From Seison nebaliae (taxonomy: Eukaryota): DNA of 55,573 nt. The notes below the pieces were generated by a model. The model did no database searches. It was not told the DNA's origin and saw nothing but the letters and a program-made list of their open reading frames with translations. Both the position numbers and the translations under genes were made by a program. Positions within the stretch are counted from its first letter, which is position 1. Every line of letters starts with the position of its first letter. This document shows positions 38,135-50,504 of this stretch, one piece after another. The DNA lies in the NCBI GenBank assembly GCA_023231475.1, contig JALJEE010001195.1, positions 1-55,573 of the forward strand, given 5' to 3'.

Positions 38135-40927
38135 TTAACCTATCGTTAATTTTCCTAATGCTTCTATTCGATTTTGTATCGCTGGTTTTTCCATGCTCTT
38201 CAACTTTTCCAAAGCATCATCGAGTGATACGGAATTAGCGAGGAGTCCCTTCTCCATTAATGTTGATACTTCATCGATTGCAGATTTCATGTCGCCATTT
38301 GTAGTATGTTTATCTGCCTTTTTAATTAATTCAGATTTGAGTAAAGCAGCATTCGTTCTTGCTGTATTCATGGTAACACCAGGACGTAATGGTAAAGAAG
38401 AAGAAAATCCGATCTTCTTTCCAATCAATTTCTTCTTCTGTTTCTTCTTTCTATTTTTTTTCTTTTAACAAAAATAAATTATCGAATAAAATAATTTTCT
38501 AACAGATTTAGTTGACTAAAAATGATGAATGTTCAAATGGAACAATATTTAATATTTACGAAATAATAATAAAGAAAATTTTAACAGTTGACCGTTTTCT
38601 CGTATGGGAACTGATAATACTTTCTGTTTCCGACGTTTCCAACGATTCCGTTCGATGATGTTTTCGACGTTTCTATAAAACTTAATTTTCAACAAATATC
38701 AGAGAAATTATAAACTGTTCTTGCAAAAATGCTCAAGAAAATTCCATCGGAAATTGATGTTGGTGGTGCTTGATAATAGTTCGTGAAGGTCATATGCTTC
38801 TCAATTCCATCTTGATCAATCGGAATTAACGGTGGTGAAGGTTTAAATATCCAATTGTAATTAGATGTAGTCCGAAATTCCTTCAAACAAGCATTCACTA
38901 AATCGCTGTTTTCTGCTGTATTGATGGATGTCGTCATATAAACGATTGCAGATACAGATCGAACTAAAAAGAATTAATAAGAATTAATAATTAGAGAAAG
39001 AAAAATATGGCGAACAAGTCATTGCATGTAGCATTAATTCTCGTTCACGAGATATCATCGAATTGATGTTACTTCTTCCGTTTTGTAAATCTGCAAATGT
39101 TTTCAATGAACTAAAATCTAATGTATGTCAATTTCATTTTATGTCATAGATATAAATCGTTGAAGATAAACAAAACCATCACTATGTCGAACAAAATAAT
39201 CAACTGGGTCTTTAATTCCGCTAGTCGAACCGTCGACATTGATTGTGATAACTTTAATATCAGACCATTTATCTGAACTGTTTTTCGTCGAAATAAAATT
39301 CTCTCGGTGTAAATTGATCGTCTTCTTATAACCAAGTTTCTGAATAAACGTTTGAATTTCCTGGAATTTTTCTGTTGATATATCATTAGTAAATGTATGA
39401 ATTATTCCATTCATTCCGTAAGATAATGACGCTATTAATGATGGGAGATATCCTATGTGATGTTATTGGAATATTAATTTATCATTTAGAAATTATGCAA
39501 AAACCATTATCAACATTGGTAACGATAATTGGATCCTGTCGATTTAACAATTTCACAGTTGTATAGGCAGTTAAGTATGTTGTTCGAGAATCGATAATCA
39601 ATTTAAAGGATGTAATCAATTTTGACGATTCCAATTTATCTCTACATCAGATTCATTAAGAAGATTCCAAATTATACAAAAATACTTACTCAACTGATTT
39701 ATCAAACATTAATAGCGATGAAAAATTTGGGTCGACAAAATAATGATCTTCATCTGTCCCATCTGATTCTTCAACACTCTTCAATTGTAGTTCTTCTTCC
39801 AACATCTTCGTCACTTCTTCCGCACTTAAAGATGAATGATATCAATAGAAATGTCTGAATTCTCAATGTCTAACTTAGATTTTGCAAAATTGATCCAAGC
39901 ATAGAAATGTTTGACAGGAGATGTTAAATCGGTGGATGTGTCTTTATTTGAAGCGAGACTATCCAAATCCTGTGCTTCATGATCGATTCTAAATGAAAAA
40001 TAAATTAACATTTTCAGTTTTTATTTAATTAAATCGAACCGATTTCGAGCAATAGATGCAGCAATCTTCGTTCCCCAACTATTAACTGCATCTTCAATTT
40101 TGTAAAGAATCTCCTCTCCCTTTTCTTCGTCATTCAATATATTTCTTTTAGTAAATTTCCTTCGATAACTATCAAAAGCAATTATTGTACAAAAGTTCTC
40201 ATATTCGGAGAACTATTAACAGATGTTGTGAGAGAAAAAAAAAGAGGAAAATGAACATCAGGAAAAGTTGTATAGAATTCCGTTTCATCCATAATCTTTT
40301 CAATCAGCCACTGAACTTCAAAAATTGAAAAATTATTTTTTCCAATTACAAAGAAAGAATGAAACATTTCAAGACTCGGAAGGCTAATCGGAGAACATTT
40401 TCTTTTTGTTTGGGTGAATCATATCGAATATCCAAACCTTCTGTTAAATGCGAGTCTTTATCAGAATAATTTCCAATTTCAACTTCTTTTGTTTCTTTTA
40501 GAAATCCATAAACTTTTGATGCTTTCAATAACGTGACTTGGTTATATTCCAATTTAACTTTATGGATGGCATTCTTTAAAATTTCTCCATCCATTTCAGG
40601 TGTTTTTAGTTGGAAAATCTTTCCAAATTGTCTCAATCTATCATCCATTGAAGTAACTGAAATTTTCTTGCTAACTAATCGTGCTATACTTATACAAAAT
40701 GGGAAAGTAATTCAACAGGTAAAAGGAAAGAACAATTATTATTATATAGACAATGCTCATAACGAACTAGCAAGTGTAGTATATGACGGCATATTCTCTT
40801 TCATCTCACTGTTCTCGGATGACCTCTGACTCTCCATATGAGTTTTGGACAACTTCCTACTCCTACTCCTACTCCTTTTTATGGATGAAATAGACGATTG
40901 TCGTGACTTTAGCCGACCTCCAGCCAT
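38135..40927 (-). CDS. NSUN7: NSUN7-like RNA m5C methyltransferase-family protein, about 13 exons
   Basis: Spliced product contains RLAFRVLKFQWLIEKIM, IIAFDSYRRKF, KIAASIARNRIDH, FYAWINFAK, KVITINVDGSTSGIKDPVDYF, LHAMTF and AIVYMTTSINTAENSDLV, colinear with vertebrate NSUN7 blocks. Twelve short introns. Confidence 0.85.
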
Positions 40928-41214
40928 AGCAAAATTATTCTCAGAACGAAATAAAGAAAAGTGAGAAAAATGAATTGATAAATTCCTTCCTGTAAACTTC
41001 AATTAAAACCAAGAATGAAATCTGTTAATTAATATACATAATCCAAAAGAAATGTGTAAACTAAAGTAAAAAAAACTAGTTTCTAATAGCAACAAAGTCA
41101 GATTTAAGTCAAAAGAAATAAATTACAAATTTATTTTTTCATGTTAATATTTCTCCAAAATTATTATGAAAAGAAAAAACTTTAGCTCGAAACAGAAAAA
41201 AAAGTCAAATAAAA

Positions 41215-41696
41215 TCACAAAGGAGGTTGATTCAGACGTTGTTCTTTTTTTTCATTCTCAACATATTTCTGGAATTGTTGAAAAACCTTCGAAGGAAAAA
41301 AAGTTGAAAGAAAACTATTTTTTTTCCAATTAAAAAATAAACTTTTAAGTTCAATAAATAATTGGGAGTTGGTTTATTTTTAATTGCATAAAAATAAAGA
41401 TCCCATTCATTGTCAGTTGCATTTAAAATTATATCTAATTCCTTCAATTCATCAAGTTTCATTTGATTTATATTGTTTTTGACGAAATTGGACAAGAGAA
41501 TTCCATTTTCTAAATTTCCTCGTTTGCGACTCTGATAAATGAGCCGACTTCTAATTAAATCTTTATTTTCATTTACGCCTTTCGCTTGATTATATTCATA
41601 TGCGTTCGAAAATTCAGAAAGATTCGTTCCAGATGAATGTCGAGTATTTATAAATGCTTTTATTAAAGATAAACGAGAATTCACTGAGCGAAACAT
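41215..41696 (-). CDS. SDHAF2: Succinate dehydrogenase assembly factor 2
   Basis: RSRLIYQSRKRGNLENGILLS...NEWDLYFY. Removing intron 41287-41342 restores the C-terminus KEQRLNQPPL. Confidence 0.93.
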
Positions 41697-41911
41697 CTCT
41701 GAAGTCAAATAAATAGAAGCTCTTATTTCAAATATGATATATCTAACTTTTGTGCGATAGAATTTTCGAATAAAGTTGCGGAATTTTAACGCAATAAATA
41801 CATAAAACCAATTCACGAGTAAGCAGGTAAGAGCCAAATATTTGACAAAGGAGAAACGAGGAAAAAACTTGGAAAGAAAATTTGTGAAACCAATATCGTT
41901 ATATTCTATCC

Positions 41912-42894
41912 ATGACCGAATTGGTATGTCTGCAATTATAAATTACAAACTTTTCGTATAGATACGTGTATATATTATTGTTAACTAGTTATTTTTTTCA
42001 TTGAAAGTTCAAGTCGATTGAATGACGTCGTGAATTTTGCAAAGGATAAAGATGCGCCATGTTCTAAATATTTTCGGTTGTAATATATCAACTGTCTGAA
42101 CTGGCTCATTCGAATCATTCCTCTGTTTTTCTCATATATCTAATTGTTTGAATCTTCCGTTTTTATTTTTCGTATCTTTCTTTTTAACATGGTGTCAGAA
42201 TATCAGAAATAATTTCATTTCTTATTAAATTAGTATAGAAGTTTGAAAATTTGTTCTGTAGATTGATATGGTGAAGTGTTATAATTGTAACGAAGATGGG
42301 CATTTTTCTCGCGATTGTCCCAATGGCAGTAGCGGAGGAGGAAATCGTGAAGGAGGTGGTGATTCGAGACGATGTCACCGATGTAATCAGACTGGGCATA
42401 TTGCTAGAAACTGTACCCAGATGGAACCAGTTTGCTACGAGTGTAACGAAACCGGACATATGAGACGTGATTGCCCATCAGCTGGAGATTCTGTTAAAGA
42501 AGTCACCTGTTTCAAATGCTCTCAACCGGGACATATTGGACGAAACTGTTCAGCTTCAAATGACTATGACAGTCAAGGACGTCAATCTAACAGTGAATGT
42601 TATCGATGTCACAAATTTGGACATATTGCCAGAAATTGTACCAATTCAAGCAATGGAGGTAGTTATGGAAATAGCGGTGGCGGTTATGGTGGTGGTCGAT
42701 CTTCCAACGTTGTCTGTTATCGATGTAACGAGGAAGGTCATATGGCTCGCAACTGTACACAGGCCGGTGGATCGTCAGATATTACATGTTACCGTTGTAA
42801 CAATACTGGACATATGGCTCGTGATTGTTCGGAAGAGATTAGATGTCACTCCTGTCAAGGAATTGGACATCTTGCACGTGAGTGTAACGCCTAA
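41912..42894 (+). CDS. CNBP: CNBP/Gis2-like zinc-knuckle nucleic acid-binding protein with 8 CCHC motifs
   Basis: Eight CX2CX4HX4C motifs and Gly-rich linkers in 42268-42894. A probable 4-codon first exon (ATG 41912) joins in frame through intron 41924-42261 (GTATGT...TAG). Confidence 0.88.
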
Positions 42895-43344
42895 CTCATT
42901 CGAATTTGTGAAAGAAAAGAATTTCCCGCATATCAATATGAAAATCGAATCGAATTTGAAGAATTTTCATTTCTGTTTCGATGGTGTTTTAAGACGATAT
43001 TATTTCAATTAAAGATATTTAAAATATTATTATAGTTTTACCTCATCGTAATTCGGAACATTTGTATCATTTTTCATTATCATTAATGGAAAGTCAATTT
43101 AATTCTACATATAAAAATCCTTCAAATTTTTTCCTACAGGAATAGTGTGTTTAAACTCGAAATTTCAATATTTGGAATTTATGAGTAATATTACAATCTT
43201 TTTCGTTATCTGAAAACTTTTTCGAATAATCCTTATAATTGTTTGTTAACAACTTTTTTAAAGTCAAAATTTAAGCTTTCAAACTTTGATCGATTCAAAA
43301 CGATTTTCTTAATTTACAATTTTTTTCAAAATCAGAAAAACGAA

Positions 43345-44568
43345 ATGGGAAAAGAAGATGTTGGGCAGTTTTTTGATCATCGTTTACAAACTAAAGTGAC
43401 TTCTCGACGTCCTGCCAAACTATTCCGAGGAGATGTATTGAGTGAACGGATTCAAGATGGGAGAAGTGGAAAATATAAAACAGCTGGAAGGAAATTGAGG
43501 AATGAGGCAAAGATAAAAGCGTTACAAGAACGAATCGCACCCAAATTGAAACAAACAGGAATTGAAACCGATGCTAATCTTGTGACGCGAATACGTGGAT
43601 GTGAAGAGTCTTCTCAAATTCTTTCGACTGTCGACAATGAGAATTTTGTGGAATGGTGGGACAAACCATTATTGTGCTATGGTGAAAATGGAGAGTTCCA
43701 TACTTATAAAGAAATCACCAACAATAATGATTATACATTCAACAATTGTATCAATTCGTTAATTGAACATCCAATTCCATTAAAATCAGCTCGCGATCTT
43801 CAAAATAAAGACATTGTCATTGTTGCCCAATTGACGGATAAAGAACGGAAGAAAATACGTAGACAACGTCGAGCCGAACAACTAAAAGAAGATCAAGAGA
43901 AAATCCGTTTAGGATTGTTACCGCCACCAGAACCAAAAGTCAGATTAGGAAATCTTCATCGTGTTTTAGGTACTGACGCAGTTCAAGATCCGACGAAAAT
44001 CGAACAATACGTTCGAAAACAAATGGCGAATAGGAAACGAGCTCATGAAATAGATAACCAAACGAGAAAGTTGACAAAGGAACAATTGAGAAGGAAAAAA
44101 TTTCGTAAAGCAGCGGAAAATCTAAATTTTGGTACATGTGCTGATGCATATCGAATTGACAATTTGACTGATCCGGCTCATCGATTTAAGATAAAGAAGA
44201 ATATTGAACAATTGTTATTGACTGGAATTGCGGTTGTTACAAGTGAAATGAGTCTAATATTTGTGGAAGGTGGGAGGCAGCAAACTCGAAAAATGAAACA
44301 TTTATTATTGGATCGAATTGATTGGACTCATACTGTATTCCGTCAGACGGAGAAGGATAAGCAGTTACAGAATAAACCATTAGATAAGAATTGTTGTCGA
44401 TTGGTATGGGAAGGAGAAGTGAAAGAAAGAATTTTCAAAGATTTCAAAATCAAAATATTTCCATCTTCTTCAACTGCGAGAGAGTTCCTTTCAAAATATA
44501 ATATTGCACATTATTGGGATGTCGTTCAATCTGATACAATGGTTGGAGAGATTAAGGATGTATTATAA
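43345..44568 (+). CDS. PRPF3: U4/U6 snRNP protein Prp3
   Basis: VEWWD, LIEHP, LTDKERKKIRRQRR, KIRLGLLPPPEPKVRLGNLHRVLGTDAVQDPTKIE, LVWEG and HYWD. Confidence 0.95.
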   Translation: MGKEDVGQFFDHRLQTKVTSRRPAKLFRGDVLSERIQDGRSGKYKTAGRKLRNEAKIKALQERIAPKLKQTGIETDANLVTRIRGCEESSQILSTVDNENFVEWWDKPLLCYGENGEFHTYKEITNNNDYTFNNCINSLIEHPIPLKSARDLQNKDIVIVAQLTDKERKKIRRQRRAEQLKEDQEKIRLGLLPPPEPKVRLGNLHRVLGTDAVQDPTKIEQYVRKQMANRKRAHEIDNQTRKLTKEQLRRKKFRKAAENLNFGTCADAYRIDNLTDPAHRFKIKKNIEQLLLTGIAVVTSEMSLIFVEGGRQQTRKMKHLLLDRIDWTHTVFRQTEKDKQLQNKPLDKNCCRLVWEGEVKERIFKDFKIKIFPSSSTAREFLSKYNIAHYWDVVQSDTMVGEIKDVL

Positions 44569-44819
44569 GTACTGTGTTTAATATGTTAAATAAAAATGTT
44601 CATTTCATTCAAAAAAGTTTAATGAGAGATTAGTAGAGATTTTAAAATAAATTCTAAGTACATGTATATGTGTGAACAATTATTAAAATGAAATATAGTA
44701 TATAAACTTTAATAATAATGATGAGAAGATGAATAATGCATGTTAATGGAAATCAGATGATGGTAAGAAGACTTATTTTCTGAATTGAAGTTTATATATA
44801 TATATATTTTTAATTTTAA

Positions 44820-45320
44820 TACAACAAAACCCCGCGGGATAAATTAAAAAGTAAACGGGATAACTCGGCCGAAGTATCTGAAGAAATAAGAGTTTTAGCC
44901 TGATCCACAAGAGATCGTAGAGAGACATGTCTCTCTACGTTTAGCCTGATCCACCCGATTCCTGCAGGAACGAATATGTCGACTTTAAAATTATTAATGG
45001 TAGAACGGGCGTCTTCTAAGGAAGAAGGCAACGGTATCGAATAATAGTTACAGAAGAAGTTGACAGGAGTGGAGAAGGATTCGCATTGGTTAAATGACGG
45101 AAACGGCAATTCGGAAGAAGAAATTGATTCCAGAACTCTTAAATATCTAATAGACAGAAGATGTGGTAATGGCTTTAATTCACAGATAGAAAACATAAAT
45201 GCTCCAATAAAAGGTTTACCACATCCGAGAATCATACGTATCGTTCTGTTATATGTTCGATCAAGAGAGTGTAATGATTTCTGAGTGGAAGATAATGATA
45301 CGCCCAGACCATAAAAATCG
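44820..45320 (-). mobile_element. Probable LINE ORF2 C-terminal fragment
   Basis: YGLG...LHSLDRTYNRTIRMILGC...ELKPLPHLLSIR resembles the region after the RT domain of non-LTR elements. More GC-rich than its flanks. Confidence 0.5.
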
Positions 45321-46059
45321 CAACATTAACCATATGTTATATAGTTATAGCTATTGAATATTTCTAAAAGAGTTCCTTCGAAAGTTCTTACCTGAAATTC
45401 TCATGTATGAGTACAACAAAATCGGAATATAATGAAACGATCAATTCTTTAAAAGAAATTATTATTAAATGTTATTCTTTTATCGAGAATGGAAACATCC
45501 GATAATTTAACGATAAAATCTTATGTTCTTTTCATGTGTCCATATGGAATATGATTAATAATTTTAATTTAATAATATTTATTGTATAATAATAAATAAT
45601 ATAATACACATAACTTTTAACAAAAAGGCGAAACCGTGTAAACAATGAGGGTACGTTGGAATGAAAAAGTGAGAGAGAACAAATTTCTCTTTGACAGATT
45701 ATGCTGAAGTATCTTTAAAACTGTGAATTTTGGTGAAGAAAATTTAATCTTTTTTGTTAAGTTGGAAAGTTAAATTATTACTTATACTTTCACATCAACG
45801 AAATTTCCTCTTCAAATTTCTTCGATTAGTCACGTTGAAGTTTTCTCTCTGGACAATTGGAAAGAGAATGATTGGAAGAAGAATCAACTAATAACCTAAA
45901 TTATTATTGCTTGGTGAATATTTCTTATCGGGTTGACCTTGATAAACTTAACTTTCGGGTCATTATTCCAACACCCCTCTCTTATTATTAAAAGACTATC
46001 GATTCTACTTATTTTTCTGAAATATTCTCTACTTTCTACTCAATTCGAGAACGTCAAAT

Positions 46060-49000
46060 ATGAGAGGAAACGTTTATATGATTATCTTGATCATATGCGC
46101 AGTGCACTGTGAAAAAAGAATGATAGATTATTGTTACGAGAGGATTGCAACAAATAATAGTGATTTAGAACGATTAAATAATTTAAAGATTGTACTCGAG
46201 GAGGTAACGAAATCACAGGTTGATTCATTAACTTGCGCAATAAAGTTCAAAGAAATAACGAAAAATTTGCCTATGGTAGAAGAACATCGATTTAATCAAG
46301 TTTATCGATATTATCTTGGTACACAACTCTTCGTACAATATGGCATCATAAGAAACGGAGAATTATATCTCAATACTATCTGCGCAATGGGTAATGGAAC
46401 AAAATTGAAGAGATTGATATTTTTCGATACATTTGTCATAAAAATTGATTACAAGAATGAAGGGAGATCGTGCAATTTAATCGACCATCGATGCATAAGT
46501 TTTCGAATAAAATCAAAAGAATTATTGGATCTGAAAGAGATTGAAGGTCAATTCTATGTCCTTACATTACACGAAATTTGTGTTGCTCAAAGGATATTTA
46601 GTGAAGATTTATTTCGAAGTTTATCTGGCGAAATGATCATCGATATTTCCTTGTTAATAGAAGAGAAAATTTTCACTTGTGAACAAATTACTGTAACTTC
46701 ATATGATGATGGTAGATTAGTTGATGCAAATTCAATTTTAATTTTCAAAAACAATGAAACCGCAATCGTCAATTGGAGAAATCACAATGAAATCGTTTTG
46801 AAAAGTTTTTCTGAGTTTAATCAATTGGGTATAGATTTTGGCAGTGTGAATAAATTTGATGGTGCGTTAATTTACTCAAAATCGGCAAAATGTTCAGATA
46901 AATCTCAAAGTATTTTCAGTCATTTCGGTTGTTTAGAAAGCGACGAACAATGTGAAAATGTAAATGAAGGCGGGAGATGTTTTTATTGCAATGAAGTACA
47001 GTCTTGTGTACCAACGAATTATATTCATATTTGCAAATTCGAAGTGAAACAATCTTGTAATTTGTTGTATATCGAAAACGACCGTTTTAGAACCGATAAT
47101 TATCAAATTTCCTGTATGAAGGATATTGAAGATGGAAAGACAGAAGCAAAGAATGCTATACCTATAAATTCAATCATGTACCAAAAAGGAGATGATACGT
47201 TGATTATCGATTTACAAGGAAACGTTGCGGAAGTATCACAGGTGAATTGCATAATACAAAACATCATGGCTGAAGACATATATCATATGCCTGAAATTGT
47301 ATTAAAAGATTATACGGCTGAACCTTTTTTTCCTTTTGAGTTATATGGTTTCAACGGAAGTCAAAAAATGATTGATAAGAACTTTATGGACAATATAATG
47401 TGTAATTCTTCATATGAATTTGAAAGTTTCATGTTTCAGGATATAATTTTTGAAGAATTTATGATAAAGTTTCCTTATCCTTCCAAACAATTTTTTAAAC
47501 TTATCATTTTAGAGACTTACACAATTTGGTAAATTCTTTAGAGAATATGGATGTTCCTACTGAAATCCGAGGTACTTCATTAAATTTGACAGGAGAAGTC
47601 ACCAACTTCAAGGCAACTATTAAAGCGAAAGATAATTTCTGTCCAAATCCGTCCAGTCGAATCGTTAACGTTTTATTTTTTTGGGCGTTTCCACCACAAA
47701 TATTTGGATATATTGGGAAAAATTTTACATTGGACACTGGAGATACTATTGTAAAATTCAGTGGAATCAATTTTAAATCTGCCTATAATATTCGGATAAG
47801 AATTGATGTTACTTCCGATCTCCTTCGAGTGAACACATTTGACGAGTTTCTGTAAATATTGTTAATCATTTTTCAATAACTAATTCACTGATTTTTAGGG
47901 AAGATGGATCATCGAACAATTTTGGAAATGTTTAGAATTAATTGTAATTATTTGTAATGAATTATTTTCTTTAACATTAGATTGGTTCATGTTTAGACAA
48001 CCTAACTAACAATACATTACTCACTTGTAAAACAAAGATTATGAGCAAAGTGCAAATCGAAAATTACCAGACTCCAACTATGGCTAATATACGTATATTA
48101 TCAGATGAAGTTCCTACATCATTATCTGATAGGGCAGCACAAATAAATGTTTATAAAACGCCGATTATGAGCAGATGTGAATTTGACATAATTAATTGTG
48201 AAAGCAAAATACCAAATAGCAAATATGTTAATAAATTATCTACTGATTTCATGACGAAAGTTAATCAAAGAATTTTTATTATATTAAATTTACGAAATTT
48301 TCTTAGACTCAATATTTATCAGAAGTTGTTTATAATCATGTGAAGATAAGTCTAGCTAGAAATGGAAAGTTGTTTGACCTACCCGATTATTCGGATATTG
48401 TAAACGGCAAATTGAAATATACATTAAATATTGATAAACAATATCTGATGGAGAATCGAATAGATTTAAGTAGCTTCCCAAATCTTATTCCAGCGACATA
48501 TGAAGTTCAGGTTAATAGTTAAATATTCCTACATTTTTAATTGGATGTGTCTAGTGGAGAATTGATGAGAATGGACGAGTGTGGGACATTTGTCGAATTA
48601 TATTCACTGATGAAATACATAAATTAAGATCAAGTATTGATGACATCTGCTCAACAGAAGATAATAAATTAATTATTTACCTTGGAGTTCTCGCGGGAAT
48701 TATTGCTTTGTTACTAATGTTCTTAATGATAATTGGATTAAGGAATTATCATTTAAACAAATTAACTATATCAAATTCATTAAAAGGTTTCTTACTTGTT
48801 AGAAAATTCTAAAAAAAATTAAATTTCTTATTATTTAAAGATAATTCATTATATTCTGATAAATTTTCAGAATTAAAAATGAATCTTCGATGCAAAGTTA
48901 TTCCAATAGAAAATATAAAATTTGAGAAATTAGTTGGATCGGGCAATTTCGGTAAAGTTTTTCAAGGAAAATTGGATAATTCTTATTCTTATGGGAAAAT

Positions 49001-49982
49001 GAACAAACCGGAAGATAAATATGTTGCTCATCGAAATTTATTTGAAACGATAGCAATTAAAACCGTAAATAGTGATCTCATTGGAGTAAATTCAAAATTT
49101 CATCGGTTTTTTTCTCGAATTCAACCAGACAGTTATCTTAATCAACGAACGGAACTGTTGAAAGAAGCAATTATCATGAATGATTTGATTACGAAAATTG
49201 ATCATCCTAACGTTGTTCCTCTATTATGTATATGCTTATCGGAGAATATATTAGACTTGACACCATATATAATTATGCCATATTATGATCGAGGTGATCT
49301 TATTACATTTCTGAAGACAAATAAATTAGTTCTTTTCTTTCTATTATATCTTTTTCATTGAGATTTTTCTGTTAGTCAATCAAACAGAAAATATTGTTTT
49401 GTATTCAAGCGGTTAGAGGAATTGATGCCATTCTTAAATGTGGCATCATTCATCGAGATCTTTCTGCACGAAATTGTTTAGTGACATGTGACATGGAACT
49501 TGCTATAAGTGATTTCGGTCTCGCACGTCAGCTATTCCAATCATCAAACAAACAACTTTATACTGCAGAAGTTTATAAATAATTTGAAAGTTTTTATTAA
49601 TTTTTTGATTATAAAGACGGAACATCGTTTACCATTTCGCTCGATGTCACCTGAATGTTTGAAAAAGAAGAATTTCAACTGTTTCACCGAAATTTGGGCT
49701 ACTGGCGTACTATTTTGGGAAATATTTTATGAGGGTCGAATGCCTTATGAAGAACTGGACAACGAACCTGGAGATATTGTACAAAACCTTTACAGGTATC
49801 TCAAAGCAGGAAAACGATTAACAAATGATGAAAGAATTCCGAAAAAATTGTTAGATTTAAATTCAAATTTTTTTTATTATATTACCTTAAAAAGATATTC
49901 CTTAATGTTGAAAATGTGGGATGATGAACCATCAAATCGTCCAGAGACGAAAATCATCATCAAAATTTTGGAAATGATATAA
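46060..49982 (+). CDS. Receptor tyrosine kinase, divergent MET/RON-like
   Basis: Signal peptide, Cys-rich PSI-like cluster, IPT-like segment, TM helix (LIIYLGVLAGIIALLLMFLMIIGL), then GSGNFGKV, IAIK, PYIIMPYYDRGDL, HRDLSARN and DFGLAR. Introns 47469-47512, 47846-47898, 47930-47980, 48260-48306, 48511-48554, 48787-48840, possibly 49072-49128, 49329-49375, 49571-49616 and 49850-49894. Confidence 0.85.
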
Positions 49983-50012
49983 TAATTTTTTTTCGTTCAA
50001 TTAAATTATTTT

Positions 50013-50360
50013 TTACGCATCATCCGGCATGGCCGATTGTCGATTATTCTCTTCGGAAGTCAACGCACCAGCTTCTGGTTCATAACTTCGTAAACGTTCT
50101 TTCAACTTCAAATTGTCGTCAGTTAATTGAACTACCTTTTCTTTTAATTGTGCCACTTCAATTTGTAAATTTTCCACATCAGCACTTTCAGGCACTTCGC
50201 GCCCGAAATATTTTTTTATGACATCAATCGGATTATTCGGCTTTTCAGGTTCCTCATACAAATTTACCAAAATCTTCGTTAACGCATCAACTACTCCACA
50301 TCGTTCAAGATATTTTCGGAATTCTTCTTTCTTTTTATCGGCACTTTTGAAATTCGACAT
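50013..50360 (-). CDS. MYCBP: c-Myc-binding protein (AMY-1)
   Basis: FKSADKKKEEFRKYLERCGVVDALTKILVNLYEEPEKPNN followed by a coiled coil. Confidence 0.93.
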   Translation of the reverse strand: MSNFKSADKKKEEFRKYLERCGVVDALTKILVNLYEEPEKPNNPIDVIKKYFGREVPESADVENLQIEVAQLKEKVVQLTDDNLKLKERLRSYEPEAGALTSEENNRQSAMPDDA

Positions 50361-50504
50361 CGTTATGATTTTTCACTTTTTTCCGTTACTATGCTAACGG
50401 ACGTTAAATTATAAATGATCATCTATTTAGAAATTTTCATTTAGACATTTCAAAATATCGAAATTCAGAATTTTTAGCCTAAATTTATTTATTAAAAAAC
50501 CACC

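Noticed and set aside
42268..42894. Retroviral gag nucleocapsid
   Set aside because: Eight knuckles with Gly-rich linkers and no capsid or pol sequence fit cellular CNBP.
42467..43012. 181-aa overlapping ORF in the CNBP gene
   Set aside because: Shadow frame of repetitive zinc-knuckle codons, with a non-ATG start and no motifs.
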